A DNA stretch of 63,493 bases, filler included, from Octopus bimaculoides (GCF_001194135.2; 5 parts of 5 records of this genome joined end to end with filler, not necessarily neighbours in it), one strand, 5' to 3'; counted from the first letter of the whole stretch, positions 35,501-49,639 are shown. Notes: generated from the sequence alone by a model not told the origin. A program made the numbers and translations.

Positions 35501-38199
35501 GTTGTTGTTGGTGGTTTTATTATTATAGGAGTGGCACAATCAGTGAAGTGATGACCAATATCCCTTGATGTATTTATTCATTTGAATCTTGCCGAGATCA
35601 ACATTGCCTTTTGTCGTTGTGGGCTCAATAAAATCAATATAAGCTAACTATTTGGACCAATATAATCAACTTTTGCATCGTTACAAAATCCCTGGCCTTA
35701 TGCGAAAGAAAAAAAAATTATTAACATTATCATTGTTGTTTGTTTGTATAGCTCTCTTGTTTGTGTGTGTTCTCTTTTCATGTCAACCCGGATTGCTAGA
35801 CTCAATCACAGGTATTTAGTGTTATTATTTCATAACATGCAATTATGTACTTATCTGTGCGGTTCTTTTGTGTACATACTTGTGTGTCCCTTCGAATACG
35901 TACCTGTATGAATGTGTGCACCTACGTGTGGGGGCATATTAAGCACTTAATGGCTCTGTTTATTACAGTTTATTTATTCTCCAATGGACATTATGGTCCC
36001 ATGAATGTTGATGCTCTTACAGGTGAATCTATTTTCTTTATTTCTTGGGGTTGAATTGTCTACCAATAGGGTGTTATTTTCTAATTACTCTTCCTCTGTT
36101 TAATCATTCACAGAATACGGGTTAAAATAAGTACTCGTGTAACTTTGCACCACATTCTCTAGACTTTGAAGAGTAAATCTTTGTATTCCGAATGGTACCC
36201 CACCCCACCATATCACCACCTCATTTCCTTGATGTGATAGTATCCTTGTCAGTGAGACATGTTAAATTAAAATGGGTGTTTTGTTACATGGTCTTTAGTA
36301 ACAGTGTCAGGTATATTTGGTAATATCGGTGAGCACCGTCCAATGGCCGAGACCTCTCTCAGAAGATTTTCCATTGTCTGGGAACCATCTAGAAAACATC
36401 TATCCCCCCAAATTCCAATAAGCAAAATATTTAAATCTAAGTCTCTATGAGCCTTTATAACAATAAAAAAAACCCTGATTTAATACCGAAAAATCATTTA
36501 ATTTTCTTACACTATCCCTAAATAGTATTTAAAGCATTATAATTACTTGGTTAGTTAATTAATTCATTAGCACATATTAATTATTGTCGTTTAATATGAT
36601 CCCATGCGCCTCGCTGATTTTGTCGAATTACGAAATTCAATGTTTTCCTAGCATAGAAGTCTACAAATATTGCAATTTCTTGGAAAGTTGTAAATCTCTT
36701 GGATGTAGTCATGAAATCCATCAGAGGAGGTCAGTCGCCTGTTACAGATTTGATGGCCAGTTCCAGATTTTGGAAAGCTTTGTATAGAGGTGAGCAGTGC
36801 TAGTCCTGGAAACTCAGTCTTCAGTAACTTAGATGCTGCCGAATATCTCCAATTCTTGGAAAAGAATTGCAGGTCAGCAATTACACACTTCCAGCTGGTC
36901 AAGCCAGTACGTTCCACAACTTTCCATTGCAACATGAATGTTTTTGCCCGTCGCTTGCTTTCCACACATATATATGTGCGTAATCAGAATGAGAGATAAA
37001 GATTTGTAACACTTGACAACCCGTTCAACCCAACAGGCTGGTTGAACAAACTGTCAAGCGAAATAAAGTCCTACTCCACACTAATTTTAAAATAAATTTG
37101 GTTCTATGCTTAGTATTGGGTCTATCCATCGGTAAACGCTTTGTTTTGTGTTCTTACATTTGTTTTAAAATAGTAATCTTAATTTAACATTGAGAGTGAT
37201 ATGGAAAGGGAGAGATCTAGAGAGAATCTAACAGAAGATGATGTGATAGAAGTAATAGATAAATTAAACTGCTTCAGAATGGAATAGTTAAATTATGAAT
37301 GATCGATACGGCGAATAAAAGAGGAGATGGCGGTAGAGATATCCAGTGGTTAAAGGGTCATGTCCACGACGTTGACATCAAGTATTGAAATAACAGAGTC
37401 ATCAAATGAAATGAAAACTTATCTCTTGTTGCTACCGGTTTTATTATACATGGTCGACCAAGGTTCTCATCATTGTCATCATTGTCATCATTGTCCTCAT
37501 CATTAACACCAACAGCATCAGCATCGTTATAATTAGCACCATCATCTCTACCACCATAATTAGCACCATCATCTCCACCACCACCGCCAACACCACACCA
37601 CTACTAACACCACACCACTAACACCACACCACACCAACACCACCACGACAAACACCACCACTAACATCATCATCATGTGATTTTCATCACCATATTCATC
37701 ATTGTAACCGATATGTTGCTGATGATGATGGCGGCGGCGGCGGCGGCGGCGTTGGTGGTGGTGGTGGTGGTAGTGGTGGTGGTGGTGTTTAACCCAAAGT
37801 CAAACCTGATCGTACAAACCTATAACCAAGCACATTCCATCTGTGACCATCATGTCATATTTTTAATGATATGACAAGGATCACGTTATCCAGTATGCCC
37901 TGTCCTTCTTTAAAATGGTAAGACATAATTTGAGGAAGATCTGGCGACTATTTCTTTTACGAAACGTAGGATTCCAGTTAAAGACGTTGATTCCTTAATT
38001 ACCTATTGCTAATTGGATATTCTTATTGGATATTCTTGTTACTGTCCGTTGTTACTGTTGCTGTTTAATCTTTGTTTGATGTTGCTCTTGTGGTTATTAC
38101 TCTTGTTGATGTCATTGTTGTTACTAGTGTTGTTGCTGTTGGTCACTGTTTCTGATGTTTCTGTTACTGTTGTTGGAAGCTGGCTATTGCTGTTGTTGC

Positions 38200-38241
<42 letters not shown>

Positions 38242-39773
38242 GCTTTTGCTGTTATTGTTGTTTTGAAAGTCTGTTATTTTGCAGTTATTTTTTGTTATTG
38301 ATTTTGTTGTCGTCGTCGTCGTCGTCGTCGTCGTTGTTGTTGTTGTTGTTGTTGCTTTCTTTCATGTTTTCGATGATGCTTTGATGAAATATTTCTATTT
38401 TGAGTAGCTGCCGTTGTTGTCTTTCTCATGCTATTTTTTTGTTGTTATTCTTCCTGTTGTTTTGATACATCCATTGTTATAGTAATAATTGTTGTCTTTT
38501 ACTATTGAACCCAATTTCCAGGTTATTGCTTGTCTAGACACTCTGTGGGTAGCATGAAATAAAGCCGAAACCTATTGTAATATGTACATTTTGCGAAGGC
38601 CACCCACAAACCTAGACACATNNNNNNNNNNNNNNNNNNNNNNNNNNNNNNNNNNNNNNNNNNNNNNNNNNNNNNNNNNNNNNNNNNNNNNNNNNNNNNN
38701 NNNNNNNNNNNNNNNNNNNNNNNNNNNNNNNNNNNNNNNNNNNNNNNNNNNNNNNNNNNNNNNNNNNNNNNNNNNNNNNNNNNNNNNNNNNNNNNNNNNN
38801 NNNNNNNNNNNNNNNNNNNNNNNNNNNNNNNNNNNNNNNNNNNNNNNNNNNNNNNNNNNNNNNNNNNNNNNNNNNNNNNNNNNNNNNNNNNNNNNNNNNN
38901 NNNNNNNNNNNNNNNNNNNNNNNNNNNNNNNNNNNNNNNNNNNNNNNNNNNNNNNNNNNNNNNNNNNNNNNNNNNNNNNNNNNNNNNNNNNNNNNNNNNN
39001 NNNNNNNNNNNNNNNNNNNNNNNNNNNNNNNNNNNNNNNNNNNNNNNNNNNNNNNNNNNNNNNNNNNNNNNNNNNNNNNNNNNNNNNNNNNNNNNNNNNN
39101 NNNNNNNNNNNNNNNNNNNNNNNNNNNNNNNNNNNNNNNNNNNNNNNNNNNNNNNNNNNNNNNNNNNNNNNNNNNNNNNNNNNNNNNNNNNNNNNNNNNN
39201 NNNNNNNNNNNNNNNNNNNNNNNNNNNNNNNNNNNNNNNNNNNNNNNNNNNNNNNNNNNNNNNNNNNNNNNNNNNNNNNNNNNNNNNNNNNNNNNNNNNN
39301 NNNNNNNNNNNNNNNNNNNNNNNNNNNNNNNNNNNNNNNNNNNNNNNNNNNNNNNNNNNNNNNNNNNNNNNNNNNNNNNNNNNNNNNNNNNNNNNNNNNN
39401 NNNNNNNNNNNNNNNNNNNNNNNNNNNNNNNNNNNNNNNNNNNNNNNNNNNNNNNNNNNNNNNNNNNNNNNNNNNNNNNNNNNNNNNNNNNNNNNNNNNN
39501 NNNNNNNNNNNNNNNNNNNNNNNNNNNNNNNNNNNNNNNNNNNNNNNNNNNNNNNNNNNNNNNNNNNNNNNNNNNNNNNNNNNNNNNNNNNNNNNNNNNN
39601 NNNNNNNNNNNNTATATACAGTCAATTGGTGAAATCTATAGATGCCTAATATAGAAAACACGTAGTAGTGCTCAAATGATTTGAACTTAGTTACTGAAGT
39701 CTCTATCACGTACTAAGTGTGTGGGATATAGAGTGGCTATAAGAAAAATCCAGGTAAGCTAAATGGAGCCTGT

Positions 39774-40000
39774 ATGACCGAAGCCATTATTTATGAAGCC
39801 ACCGTAAATTCCACGAACGCTGATAATACAGTTTCATACAAGAGATATGTGGGTATCACAGAGGGAAATTTCAAAGCAAGATTCAACAATCACATCTTAA
39901 GCTTCAGACACTGGAATAAACGAAAAACTACCAAATTATCCAGATACATATGGTTCGAAAAAAGAACAGGGTGTCAACTACCCTTATACCAATGGTAGTG
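39774..40000 (+). mobile_element. Penelope-like GIY-YIG endonuclease fragment
   Basis: IIYEATV...KRYVGITEGNFKARFNNHILSFRH...TKLSRYIW. Confidence 0.8.
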
Positions 40001-40474
40001 GCAAGTGCAGTCTTTGTAATATGGAAAGATGGCTCATCTGGAAAAGTACTTTGGACTCCACTACATGTCTAAATTCAAGAACTGAACTTTTTGGTTCATG
40101 TCCACATGTCACAAAATACCTGTTACGGTTTTGGGCCCCCACCAGAAGTTCACGGCTAGAAACCACATTTCTACAATGTTCCTGCAAGAGCTTTTCCCAT
40201 GTTTTAACTTCCATTAATTTTTATTTTTTATAAGTTTTTTTCATTCTTTCCCTTATCCTTTTTAATTGTGTGAGTGTGTACGTGTGTGTGTATATGTATC
40301 TGTATGTATATATATATATATCATATGTATATGTGTGTGCGTGTGTATGTGTATATGTATGTATATGAGTGTAAAACTGTGTCCGGTGCATAAGTGCAAC
40401 TTTCATGCACACGCCACCTTCAGTTATACGGATATTCATATGTTTGTATATATGCGGGGGTGGGTGAATGTATG

Positions 40475-40513
<39 letters not shown>

Positions 40514-40885
40514 TCACGTATATTTATACTATATATGTCTAAATATATGTGTATTATGTTAGGTGTGAGCATGTAAGCACTTATGTGTGCATGCGGATGA
40601 GGTTGCGTACATATATACATATATATATGTGTGCGTGTGTGTATACATGTGTGCGTGTATGTGTGGATATGTGTGTATGTATGAGTACGTACATACATAT
40701 ATATGTGTGTGTGTATGTAAATGTACGTGTACATGTTTGTGTGAGTGTGTACGTGTGTAGACGTTGCGAACGCAGGAGGTTTATGTCTATATATTGTGAG
40801 AATATGGTTGCATGTATTCTTTTCTTTTTCTACCTATTAGAGTAAGTTCACTTTTATTCAACGGTTTTTCATAGCGTCTGCTTCC

Positions 40886-40953
40886 ATTAATAGCCGACGA
40901 GAATGTATCATAGCTCCTCGCTCCGACATTCGAAACTCCGAGAGTACTGTAAT
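40886..40953 (+). ncRNA. Candidate type I hammerhead ribozyme (U4C core variant)
   Basis: Core CCGACGA 40894-40900; helix II gaatgt/acattc; GAAA 40932-40935; helix III a-ctc[cga]gag-t; GUA cleavage triplet ending 40946; helix I atag/ctgt plus att/aat. Confidence 0.6.
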
Positions 40954-41015
40954 AACAAGCTTTTACTGTTTGTTCTAAATTATAACACACACACACACAC
41001 ACCCACACACATATA

Positions 41016-41052
<37 letters not shown>

Positions 41053-41313
41053 NNNNNNNNNNNNNNNNNNNNNNNNNNNNNNNNNNNNNNNNNNNNNNNN
41101 NNNNNNNNNNNNNNNNNNNNNNNNNNNNNNNNNNNNNNNNNNNNNNNNNNNNNNNNNNNNNNNNNNNNNNNNNNNNNNNNNNNNNNNNNNNNNNNNNNNN
41201 NNNNNNNNNNNNNNNNNNNNNNNNNNNNNNNNNNNNNNNNNNNNNNNNNNNNNNNNNNNNNNNNNNNNNNNNNNNNNNNNNNNNNNNNNNNNNNNNNNNN
41301 NNNNNNNNNNNNN

Positions 41314-41349
<36 letters not shown>

Positions 41350-42036
41350 ACATATAATTGCTGGAATGATAATTTGAAAACAGAAAGGTCGTTTAAATTT
41401 GAAACTGCATCGTTAATTGCTGAAATGAGAATTTAAAAGGAGAAAGGTCGTTTAACATTTATTCAAGAAGTTCGATGATGTTTATAAGCATTGCCAGAGG
41501 TTACGATCAAAATCAAAACAACATTATTTTCACGTTGCCGAATATTCAAATGACTAAAGTAGGAAAACGGCATGACAATTCGTATGCATACATTAGATTT
41601 AAAAACGTGTATTGCTATAACATTGTGTCCTTTTATACTCATTGAATTTGTAGTTCGACAAGAAGAGAATGAAAAAACATAACCCCAGCGTACAATATAC
41701 ATCAGTGTTGATATGACCGGCTATAATCACCGTTGCGGTATTCGAGCATGATGTTGTTTAAACAGAATTTAACATAAACTATAGGTGTTTCAGTCTAAAT
41801 GCAATTAGTGTACGTATGGTTTCCGGTTTTACTTAATTACATTCCACTTGAAAGTATTATGAATATAACAGGAACAGCTTAAATATAGTTAAGCTATTCC
41901 GTTTTAGATTTTTTACATTTCGCTGTTTATAGTATTAATTTAATAAGCTATGATATTCCATTTTTTTATATTTGGTTTTGACATTTGGTTTTTACTTTGT
42001 GTTATTCATAATTCCAAAGTAATTGCATGTTTGTGT

Positions 42037-42270
42037 TTAGTATACTTCTCTCCTACCTGTTTCTTTATCTAACAATGTATTTACGGTTTTAGTTAATCTT
42101 CCGGTTCTCAAGGTTGCCTCAGCGCATTCCTCTAACCTGAATTTCATATCAATTCCTCGAGCAAATGCCTGACTGTCTAAGCACACGGTGTTGTGCAGGT
42201 CTCTCAATTTTAGTTGCTTATCACTTGTAACCAACCTATGAAGTCGTTGGTTCCACCTCACGCCCACATA
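42037..42270 (-). mobile_element. R4/Dong RT fragment
   Basis: SDKQLKL...AFARGIDMKFRLEECAEATLRTGRL. Confidence 0.65.
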
Positions 42271-42699
42271 GAATGTTTAAGCGAGTGTAGTCTGATTTAA
42301 TATGTCAGTTAAACATGTTAACATCAGACCAAAAGGTTGGTTAGATGAGTTAAAAACCAAGCAAAGGGTAATGGTGCGTAACACCCTTTGAATCTTCTCT
42401 TCTGATAGAGAGAGTTTGTGTGTGTGTGTGTGTGTGCGCGCGAGGTTTCTTTTTTATAATTCTTTCTTTGAAATCGAATTGTTTGCTCTTTACTCATGAA
42501 ATGTTCAATATCTCTATTTAATATTGTTGTTACGATACTAATGCCAAAAGTGTCACAGATTTTCTTGCGGCGACCCTTAAAAAGAACGCTCTTTCTAATA
42601 ATGAATCCATGCTACACTTATACACATCTGACATTCCATAAGTCTTTTGAATATACATATTAATGGTTTGTTGTAAAATGTAAAACGTCCGCCTATTCT

Positions 42700-43370
42700 A
42701 CCAATGAAATAGATCAAGCACAACAGCTCCTCAGCAGACTAGGAACATCAACTACAAAAAATTGGGCTGCACACAAATGTCAATAAAATTGAATACATGT
42801 CTTTCAACCAATCATGTGATGCTGAACTGTTTGCTTTGAGCGGTTCCAAATTGAATATTGCTAAAGACTTCAAGTACTTAGGTGGCTGGGTGAACAGTTC
42901 GGAAGCAGACATCAAGATCAGGAAGGCACAAGCATGGACAGCCTGTTACAAACAAAAGAAGGCCTGGAACTCCAAATTGCTCAGGCAAATCGAAACCAAG
43001 CTATTCATTGCGACTGTCGAATCAGTGTTATTATATGGTAGTGAAACATGAATAATTGACAAAGAAATTATCATACGGGTTAAATGGATGCTACCCGAAG
43101 ATGCTACGAATGGCCCTAAATGTGATGTGAAATAGCAGCAACATATGACAAATGAATGCCTTTATGGAGAGCTGCTGAAAGTTAGCGAGAAGACGGCTGC
43201 GACTATATGGTCACTGCGTGCGCAACCTTTAACCAGTAGCTTCCAAGTTAGTCGTGTGGAAACCACTTCATGATGATGTAAGAAGAGGAAAACGTCGTCA
43301 CACTTACATCGACAACTTGATTGCAGACACTAGCCTGGAATTTATCATGGAACTCGAGGCAGTAATGTGT
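42700..43370 (+). mobile_element. RTE-type LINE RT C-terminal fragment
   Basis: KIEYMSFNQ...KDFKYLGGWV...DIKIRKAQAW...ATVESVLLYGSET. Confidence 0.8.
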
Positions 43371-43407
43371 AGCAGGTGGACTTTGTTGCTGCGACACGGC
43401 CATAATA

Positions 43408-43655
43408 TTGGGTCGGTGCATAATTATTGCAGCTTTTTTTCAATAAATTTTATTCAACAAAACCAATAAGAATATTTAACAAAAACCTCTTTAAATGACG
43501 GTCTGACCGTCTACTAAGCAAATGGGAAGCAGTAATTGAAGCATATTGTGAATATGCTCCGGAATAATCATTTAAAGATGTTTTTGTTACATGTTATTGT
43601 TTTTGTTGAATAAAATTTGTTGAAAAAAAGCCGCAATAATTATGCACCAACCCAA
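43408..43655. mobile_element. Mariner MITE with TA duplication
   Basis: ~80-bp TIRs (ttgggtcggtgcataattattgc / gcaataattatgcaccaacccaa); TA at 43406-43407 and 43656-43657; internal transposase end DRLLSKWEAVIEAYCEYAPE*. Confidence 0.85.
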
Positions 43656-44214
43656 TAATAATAATCTTCTACCAACTATTAACTCTCTTCTATGTGCTTT
43701 CTCATTATGCAGTTTGCCTACAGTTATAGTGAGAGTTTACTGTCGGTGTTGGTAGGAAATTCTCTTCAAACTGTATTTAGCCACGGTACATTAAGGCTGA
43801 AATCTCTCTTTTCATCTTAGAACTTGTTCAGAAGGGGCTTCCTTAACGATAATGTTTTCCTTTGTCATCTCTCGGTAAAATACCGATGGACTAGAAGCAA
43901 CCTTGTGATTTACATTAGCTCGCTAAAACGTTTTCCTACGAGAGTGAAGTTTTTCGCTCAGTGTCCGCAGTTTGAGATTTTGAGTTACTAGCCTTCCCTC
44001 AAAATTTTGGTGGGAGAAATTGGAGAAATAATCCAGTTACTGATTTAGGTTGAAGGTGTCGGCACAATTGTTGATGAAAACGTTAAAAAAAGCATTTTAA
44101 ACGGTCCTTTACACCGGCATGTCTTATGTTAACGGCGCCATGTTTATGTATGTATTTTATGTATGTATGTATGCACATGCAACCATTCATATATACATGT
44201 GTGTGTGCGTGTGT

Positions 44215-44317
<103 letters not shown>

Positions 44318-44600
44318 CATGTACATGTATGTATATGTATACACATATATATGTTGGTCTGGTACTTATACTGTGTAAATGATAGTAATTCGATAGATTA
44401 TTAGGGGATGAATTCACACAACGCGGAAGGGATAAGGACGATGAGGCAAACAGAAATAGCAGCAGAATATAATTGGGGATTATGTAGTCTCGGGATAATA
44501 AAAACAACACGGATCAGACAAAAATGATTGCAGGGATGAGTACTATGTACAACAAAGAATTATTTGCCTAATGAAAAACTATATATATAATTACATATAT

Positions 44601-44639
<39 letters not shown>

Positions 44640-44751
44640 AATCTATGTATACGTGTGTATAAGTACATACATATATATAACATATCTATATATACATGTG
44701 CGTGTATGTATATATATATATATATATACGTGTATATATATATATATATAT

Positions 44752-44976
44752 CGAGACCTTTGGAAATGGGCTGTGCGTGAGAAGACCCGGCAAGCCAAGT
44801 AAGATCGTTGCCAGTGCCCCTGGACTGGTTCTTGTGCGGGTGGCACATGAGATGCACCATTTTGAGCGTGGCCGTTGCCAGTACCGCCTGACTGGCTCCT
44901 GTAGGATTTTCGAGCGAGATCGTTGCCAGTGCCCCTGGACTGGCTTGTGCGGGTGGCACATAAAAGACACCATTTC
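44752..44976 (+). mobile_element. RTE-like LINE 3' end (ORF terminus plus repetitive 3' UTR)
   Basis: RDLWKWAVREKTRQAK* (44752-44802) followed by tandem gccagt-N8-actggc units shared with 62961-63391. Confidence 0.65.
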
Positions 44977-45749
44977 NNNNNNNNNNNNNNNNNNNNNNNN
45001 NNNNNNNNNNNNNNNNNNNNNNNNNNNNNNNNNNNNNNNNNNNNNNNNNNNNNNNNNNNNNNNNNNNNNNNNNNNNNNNNNNNNNNNNNNNNNNNNNNNN
45101 NNNNNNNNNNNNNNNNNNNNNNNNNNNNNNNNNNNNNNNNNNNNNNNNNNNNNNNNNNNNNNNNNNNNNNNNNNNNNNNNNNNNNNNNNNNNNNNNNNNN
45201 NNNNNNNNNNNNNNNNNNNNNNNNNNNNNNNNNNNNNNNNNNNNNNNNNNNNNNNNNNNNNNNNNNNNNNNNNNNNNNNNNNNNNNNNNNNNNNNNNNNN
45301 NNNNNNNNNNNNNNNNNNNNNNNNNNNNNNNNNNNNNNNNNNNNNNNNNNNNNNNNNNNNNNNNNNNNNNNNNNNNNNNNNNNNNNNNNNNNNNNNNNNN
45401 NNNNNNNNNNNNNNNNNNNNNNNNNNNNNNNNNNNNNNNNNNNNNNNNNNNNNNNNNNNNNNNNNNNNNNNNNNNNNNNNNNNNNNNNNNNNNNNNNNNN
45501 NNNNNNNNNNNNNNNNNNNNNNNNNNATATATATATATATAAATGCTTACATAAATATATGGATTTGTGTACGTATATGTATGCCCGTGTTATGCATTAT
45601 ATTGATGGGTAAATACACAAATGAAGGTTTATTACACCATAACATGAAAGATTAAAGAGAAACGTCGTGTTACTGAGCAGTGGAGTAGCTTGAATGCTCG
45701 AGCGCCAATATTGTTAGAGGGTCGCATAAAAAACCTAGCGTTGTTTGCA

Positions 45750-46670
45750 AGTGAAACAAAATCCCTTCGAAATCAGCTTTGTCCTTTATCCTCCCAGGTT
45801 CGATAAAAAAAATATAGTACTAGTCACGTAGAGAAGTTGACTTGAACAGCTAAAACATACCCGCTAATTCGGTATCTTGTTCCTGTGCAAGAAATTTGTC
45901 TCTATTCAAATTCTATTGAGGTAAAAATTTTGTATTTTTTATTCTTCCAAGATCGATAAAATAAAGTACCAATCAAGTATTTTGATCAATTTAATTGATT
46001 TGCCTCCTCTACAGATTTCGTGATTTTGTGCCTCTTCAAAATTCGTGGTGAGTTGGCAAAATCGTTAGAGCATCAGAAAAAATACCGCTTTGTTCGGTTT
46101 CTTTGTATTGCGAGTTCATATTCCAAGTCTTTCATTCCAACGGGGTCCACAATATAGATACCAGTTAAACATCAGAATCAATATAATCGGCTATCCCTCT
46201 CCCCCCAAAATTCAGATTTCGTGCTTATTGTAGAAATTATTATCATTATTATTATTATTATCATTATTATTATTATTATCATTATTATTATTATTATCAT
46301 TATTATCATTATTAAAAAGACAGCAAGCTGGCAGAATCGTTAGAGCGCCGGACGAAACGCTGAGTAGTAGTAGTGGTGTTAAAATGGCGGTGAGCTGGCA
46401 GAATTGTTAGCGCGCCGGACGAAATGCTAAGCGATATTTCGCCTGTCGCTACGTTCTGAGTTCAAATTGCGCTGATGTCGACTTTACCTCTTATCCTTTC
46501 GGGGTCGATAAAATAAGTACCAGTTGAACTTATTCGATGGGGTCGATGTAATCGACTCATCATCCCCACCACCAAAAATTGCTACCTTTGTGGCAAAATT
46601 TGAAACCATTATTATTATTATTAACGGCAACGAGCTGGAAGAATTGTTAGCACGCCGATAAAACGCTTAT
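45750..46670 (+). mobile_element. Pile-up of at least five SINE family 1 copies or fragments
   Basis: Heads at ~46045, ~46324, 46386, ~46625 and more decayed bodies at 45750-46040, separated by (ATT)n. Confidence 0.75.
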
Positions 46671-46674
46671 CCTG

Positions 46675-47886
46675 CTTCATGGCTGATCAAGCTGGAGCGC
46701 TTGCTTTTCCGTTTTCTGTGGAAGGGATCTATTCCGCTCGTCAAACGGTCCATCTGCTGTCAGAAACTGCTGACTGGGGAACTAGGTACGCCGTGGCTAA
46801 TAATGCGCAGACATGCATTGGGGTTGCGACATCTCCAAGGTATCTTTGACAGTGAGCAGGTGTGGTCACCATTTGTCGGATAGCATTTTCTGCAGCTCGT
46901 CTCATTGACGGAGCTACAGTCCTGGAACAAAGGGTGCTTGACACCTAGAGTGTCGGCAAGCGCTCACGGCCCTCCACCAGTCGGGCAATGACGCCAGTGG
47001 AAGTTCCACATTGGAGTTCTGTTGGGGAGTAGTGGCGGGAAAGAGCGACGACGTCCTCGGGACAACTCTGGGCGTCGGGCGGGATCAATTAGCTGGTCTT
47101 TTCCGGGTGACTTACAGGCCGGAGCATAAGGATTAATTTCCAGAAATCCCTGGCCTGGAAGTGTTACCGGGGACATCAGTCGACTCCAGGGAGGTTCTAC
47201 AGGCGCGGAAATGCTGTCAAACGGTCCGTTTGACAGTGCGCAGTCCGAGAAGTGCGCAGGGTGACCAAAGTGATCTGTATGCAGTCGCCCAGTGTCCAGC
47301 CATTGCTTACTTGTGGAGTGTTGTCGAAGAGCTGTTATAGGAAGGATTCAGTTTATCAGCCAAGTCCATCGTGAAGATCACCCCACCGCCTTCTTTTGGC
47401 CGGGAAGGAAAGGCAGTTTTTCTCTGTCTGGCAGCTATGGCGAAGGAATTAGTGTAGTGGATGAGATTGAAAGGTCTGAAGACAGATACTTTCCTCTTCG
47501 GCTAAGCCCTCGTTGACCTTTTCAAGTTCCACTTGAAAAAGAAAGTAAGGGTAGAAAGGAAAGTACCTCCCCACCACCACCACCACACATACACACGCAA
47601 GTAAACTTTGTTGAAAAGTGGTTGGATGTGGAGCGCGTGATGGCTCGTGTGAATGGGACTGCACTGAAAGGGCCTACTACGGAGGAACTGGGGAGAGAGA
47701 GAGAGAGACCTGCTGAGTTGCCCCTGGTGGTCTCGGGGGTAACCAGTATGTGTGGGGTCCTTTGGTTTTCCCTGGGTGACACTCTTCATCTTTGGGGAAT
47801 TTTGTTGTTGAATTCTTGTAGTTAATTATTCTTTGTTTTATTTTTTATTCACGATTTTTTGTGGTTAGCTCCAGTGGCCACTAAAG

Positions 47887-47888
<2 letters not shown>
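46675..47888 (+). mobile_element. L1/Tx1 3' half (thumb, zinc finger, 3' UTR)
   Basis: LERLLFRFLWKG...LGTPWLIMRRHALGLRHLQ; FFKFHLKKKVRVERK; ends gtggccactaaaga followed by (ATC)n(ATT)n. Confidence 0.8.
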
Positions 47889-47973
<85 letters not shown>

Positions 47974-48994
47974 GTCTAGACAGTGTCTGGAGGCAGATTG
48001 GCTTCATTTCATTGTTTTTGACTTAGTCTATATTTTTCGCCGGATTTTCTCTGAGATAATCCATCTGACTGCGTGTTTCGTGTGCTTGAGGCCTGTGATT
48101 TGTACATGCCTGCACCTATGTAACACACAGCAAGGACCTCCCATGTGGGGAGGCGTTTGTGCTTCTTTCAGAGTCAGAACAGTTGAGCTAGTGCTTGCCT
48201 AGGCTTACAACAGTCGCGCCTTCTCACATACATAATTTGAGAAAGAAGAGAAAGAGAAGGGGTGAGAGAAGGAGAAAATGAAGAAGATAATCGCGGATAA
48301 TTACATGCATACATAGATACTTACCACAAACAAACATACACATACTTGCATGCATACATACATACATACATACATACATACATACATACATACAAACACG
48401 GATAGACACACTCATTAGTACTTATGCACTTACAGGCATACATATATATGCGTCCGTATATGTATGCTTCTAGTCACGTATGCATGTATACATATATATA
48501 TATATATATATATATANNNNNNNNNNNNNNNNNNNNNNNNNNNNNNNNNNNNNNNNNNNNNNNNATATATATAGGTGTTGAATGCATGCGTACATATATA
48601 CATGCACGCTTACATACATACTACACGCACATAAATATACATTCGTACGTACGTACGTACGAACATACATACAAACATACGTATGTACAAATATTCATGC
48701 ATATTATTCTACATGCACATACATACATACATACATACATACATACATGCATACATACATACGTACGTACGTATATATAATTCTACATACGTACATACAT
48801 ACATACATATGTATGCATGCATGCGTACATGATGATTGTCTCCTCCAGTCAGATGATAGCGGCCTCACATCCAGCCTGATCGCTCCGAATTACTTCCCGC
48901 CGTGCATGTGCGCAGCTATGTCTTTTCAGACAACCACTGAATGGAATGATAGGAAGACATCTGTGCATCATTAGTTTTAAGTGACCACACGTTT

Positions 48995-49447
48995 GCCTCT
49001 CTCTTTCTCTCTCTCTGCCTCTCTCTCTCTCTCTCTCTCTGCCTCTCTCTCTCTCTCTCTCTGACACTATCTCTCTCTCTCTGTCTCTCTCTGCCTCTCT
49101 CTCTCTGTCTCTCTCTGCCTCTCTCTCTTTGCCACTCTCTCAGTCTCTCACTCTCTCTCTCTCTCTTACTATCTCTCTCACACTCTCTTACTCTTCCTCA
49201 CTCTCACTCTCTCTTTCACTCTCTCTCTTTCTCTCTCACTCTCTGTCTCTCTCTCTCTGTCTCTCTCTTCCACTCTCTCTGTCTCTCTCTCTCTCTTTTA
49301 CTCTCTCTCTCTCTTTTACTCTCTCTCTATCTTACTCTCTCTCTCTCTTACTCTCTCTTTCACTCTATCTTTTTCTCTCCCTCTCTCTCCCTCTCTCTTT
49401 CACTCTGTCTGTCTGTCTCTCTGTCTCTCTCTCTCTCTCTTTCTCTC

Positions 49448-49510
<63 letters not shown>
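48995..49510. repeat. Long imperfect (CT)n microsatellite
   Basis: Directly visible. Confidence 0.95.
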
Positions 49511-49513
<3 letters not shown>

Positions 49514-49639
49514 GTAAGTTTCAGTGACAAATATCGCAAAACGAAGAAGAGCTGCTTTCCGCACAGATTTGTCAAAAAAAAAATAATAAAATAAATAAAT
49601 AAATAAATAACAAGTGTCTCCTCTAACTCGGGGAAATTT

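Noticed and set aside
36720-37080. Possible CR1/L2 RT-thumb remnant on the minus strand
   Set aside because: Only a faint LYKA...LE-like motif across frameshifts; not supportable without a search.
44803-44976. CRISPR-like palindromic repeats
   Set aside because: Eukaryotic context, no unique spacers and no cas genes; explained as a LINE 3' UTR.
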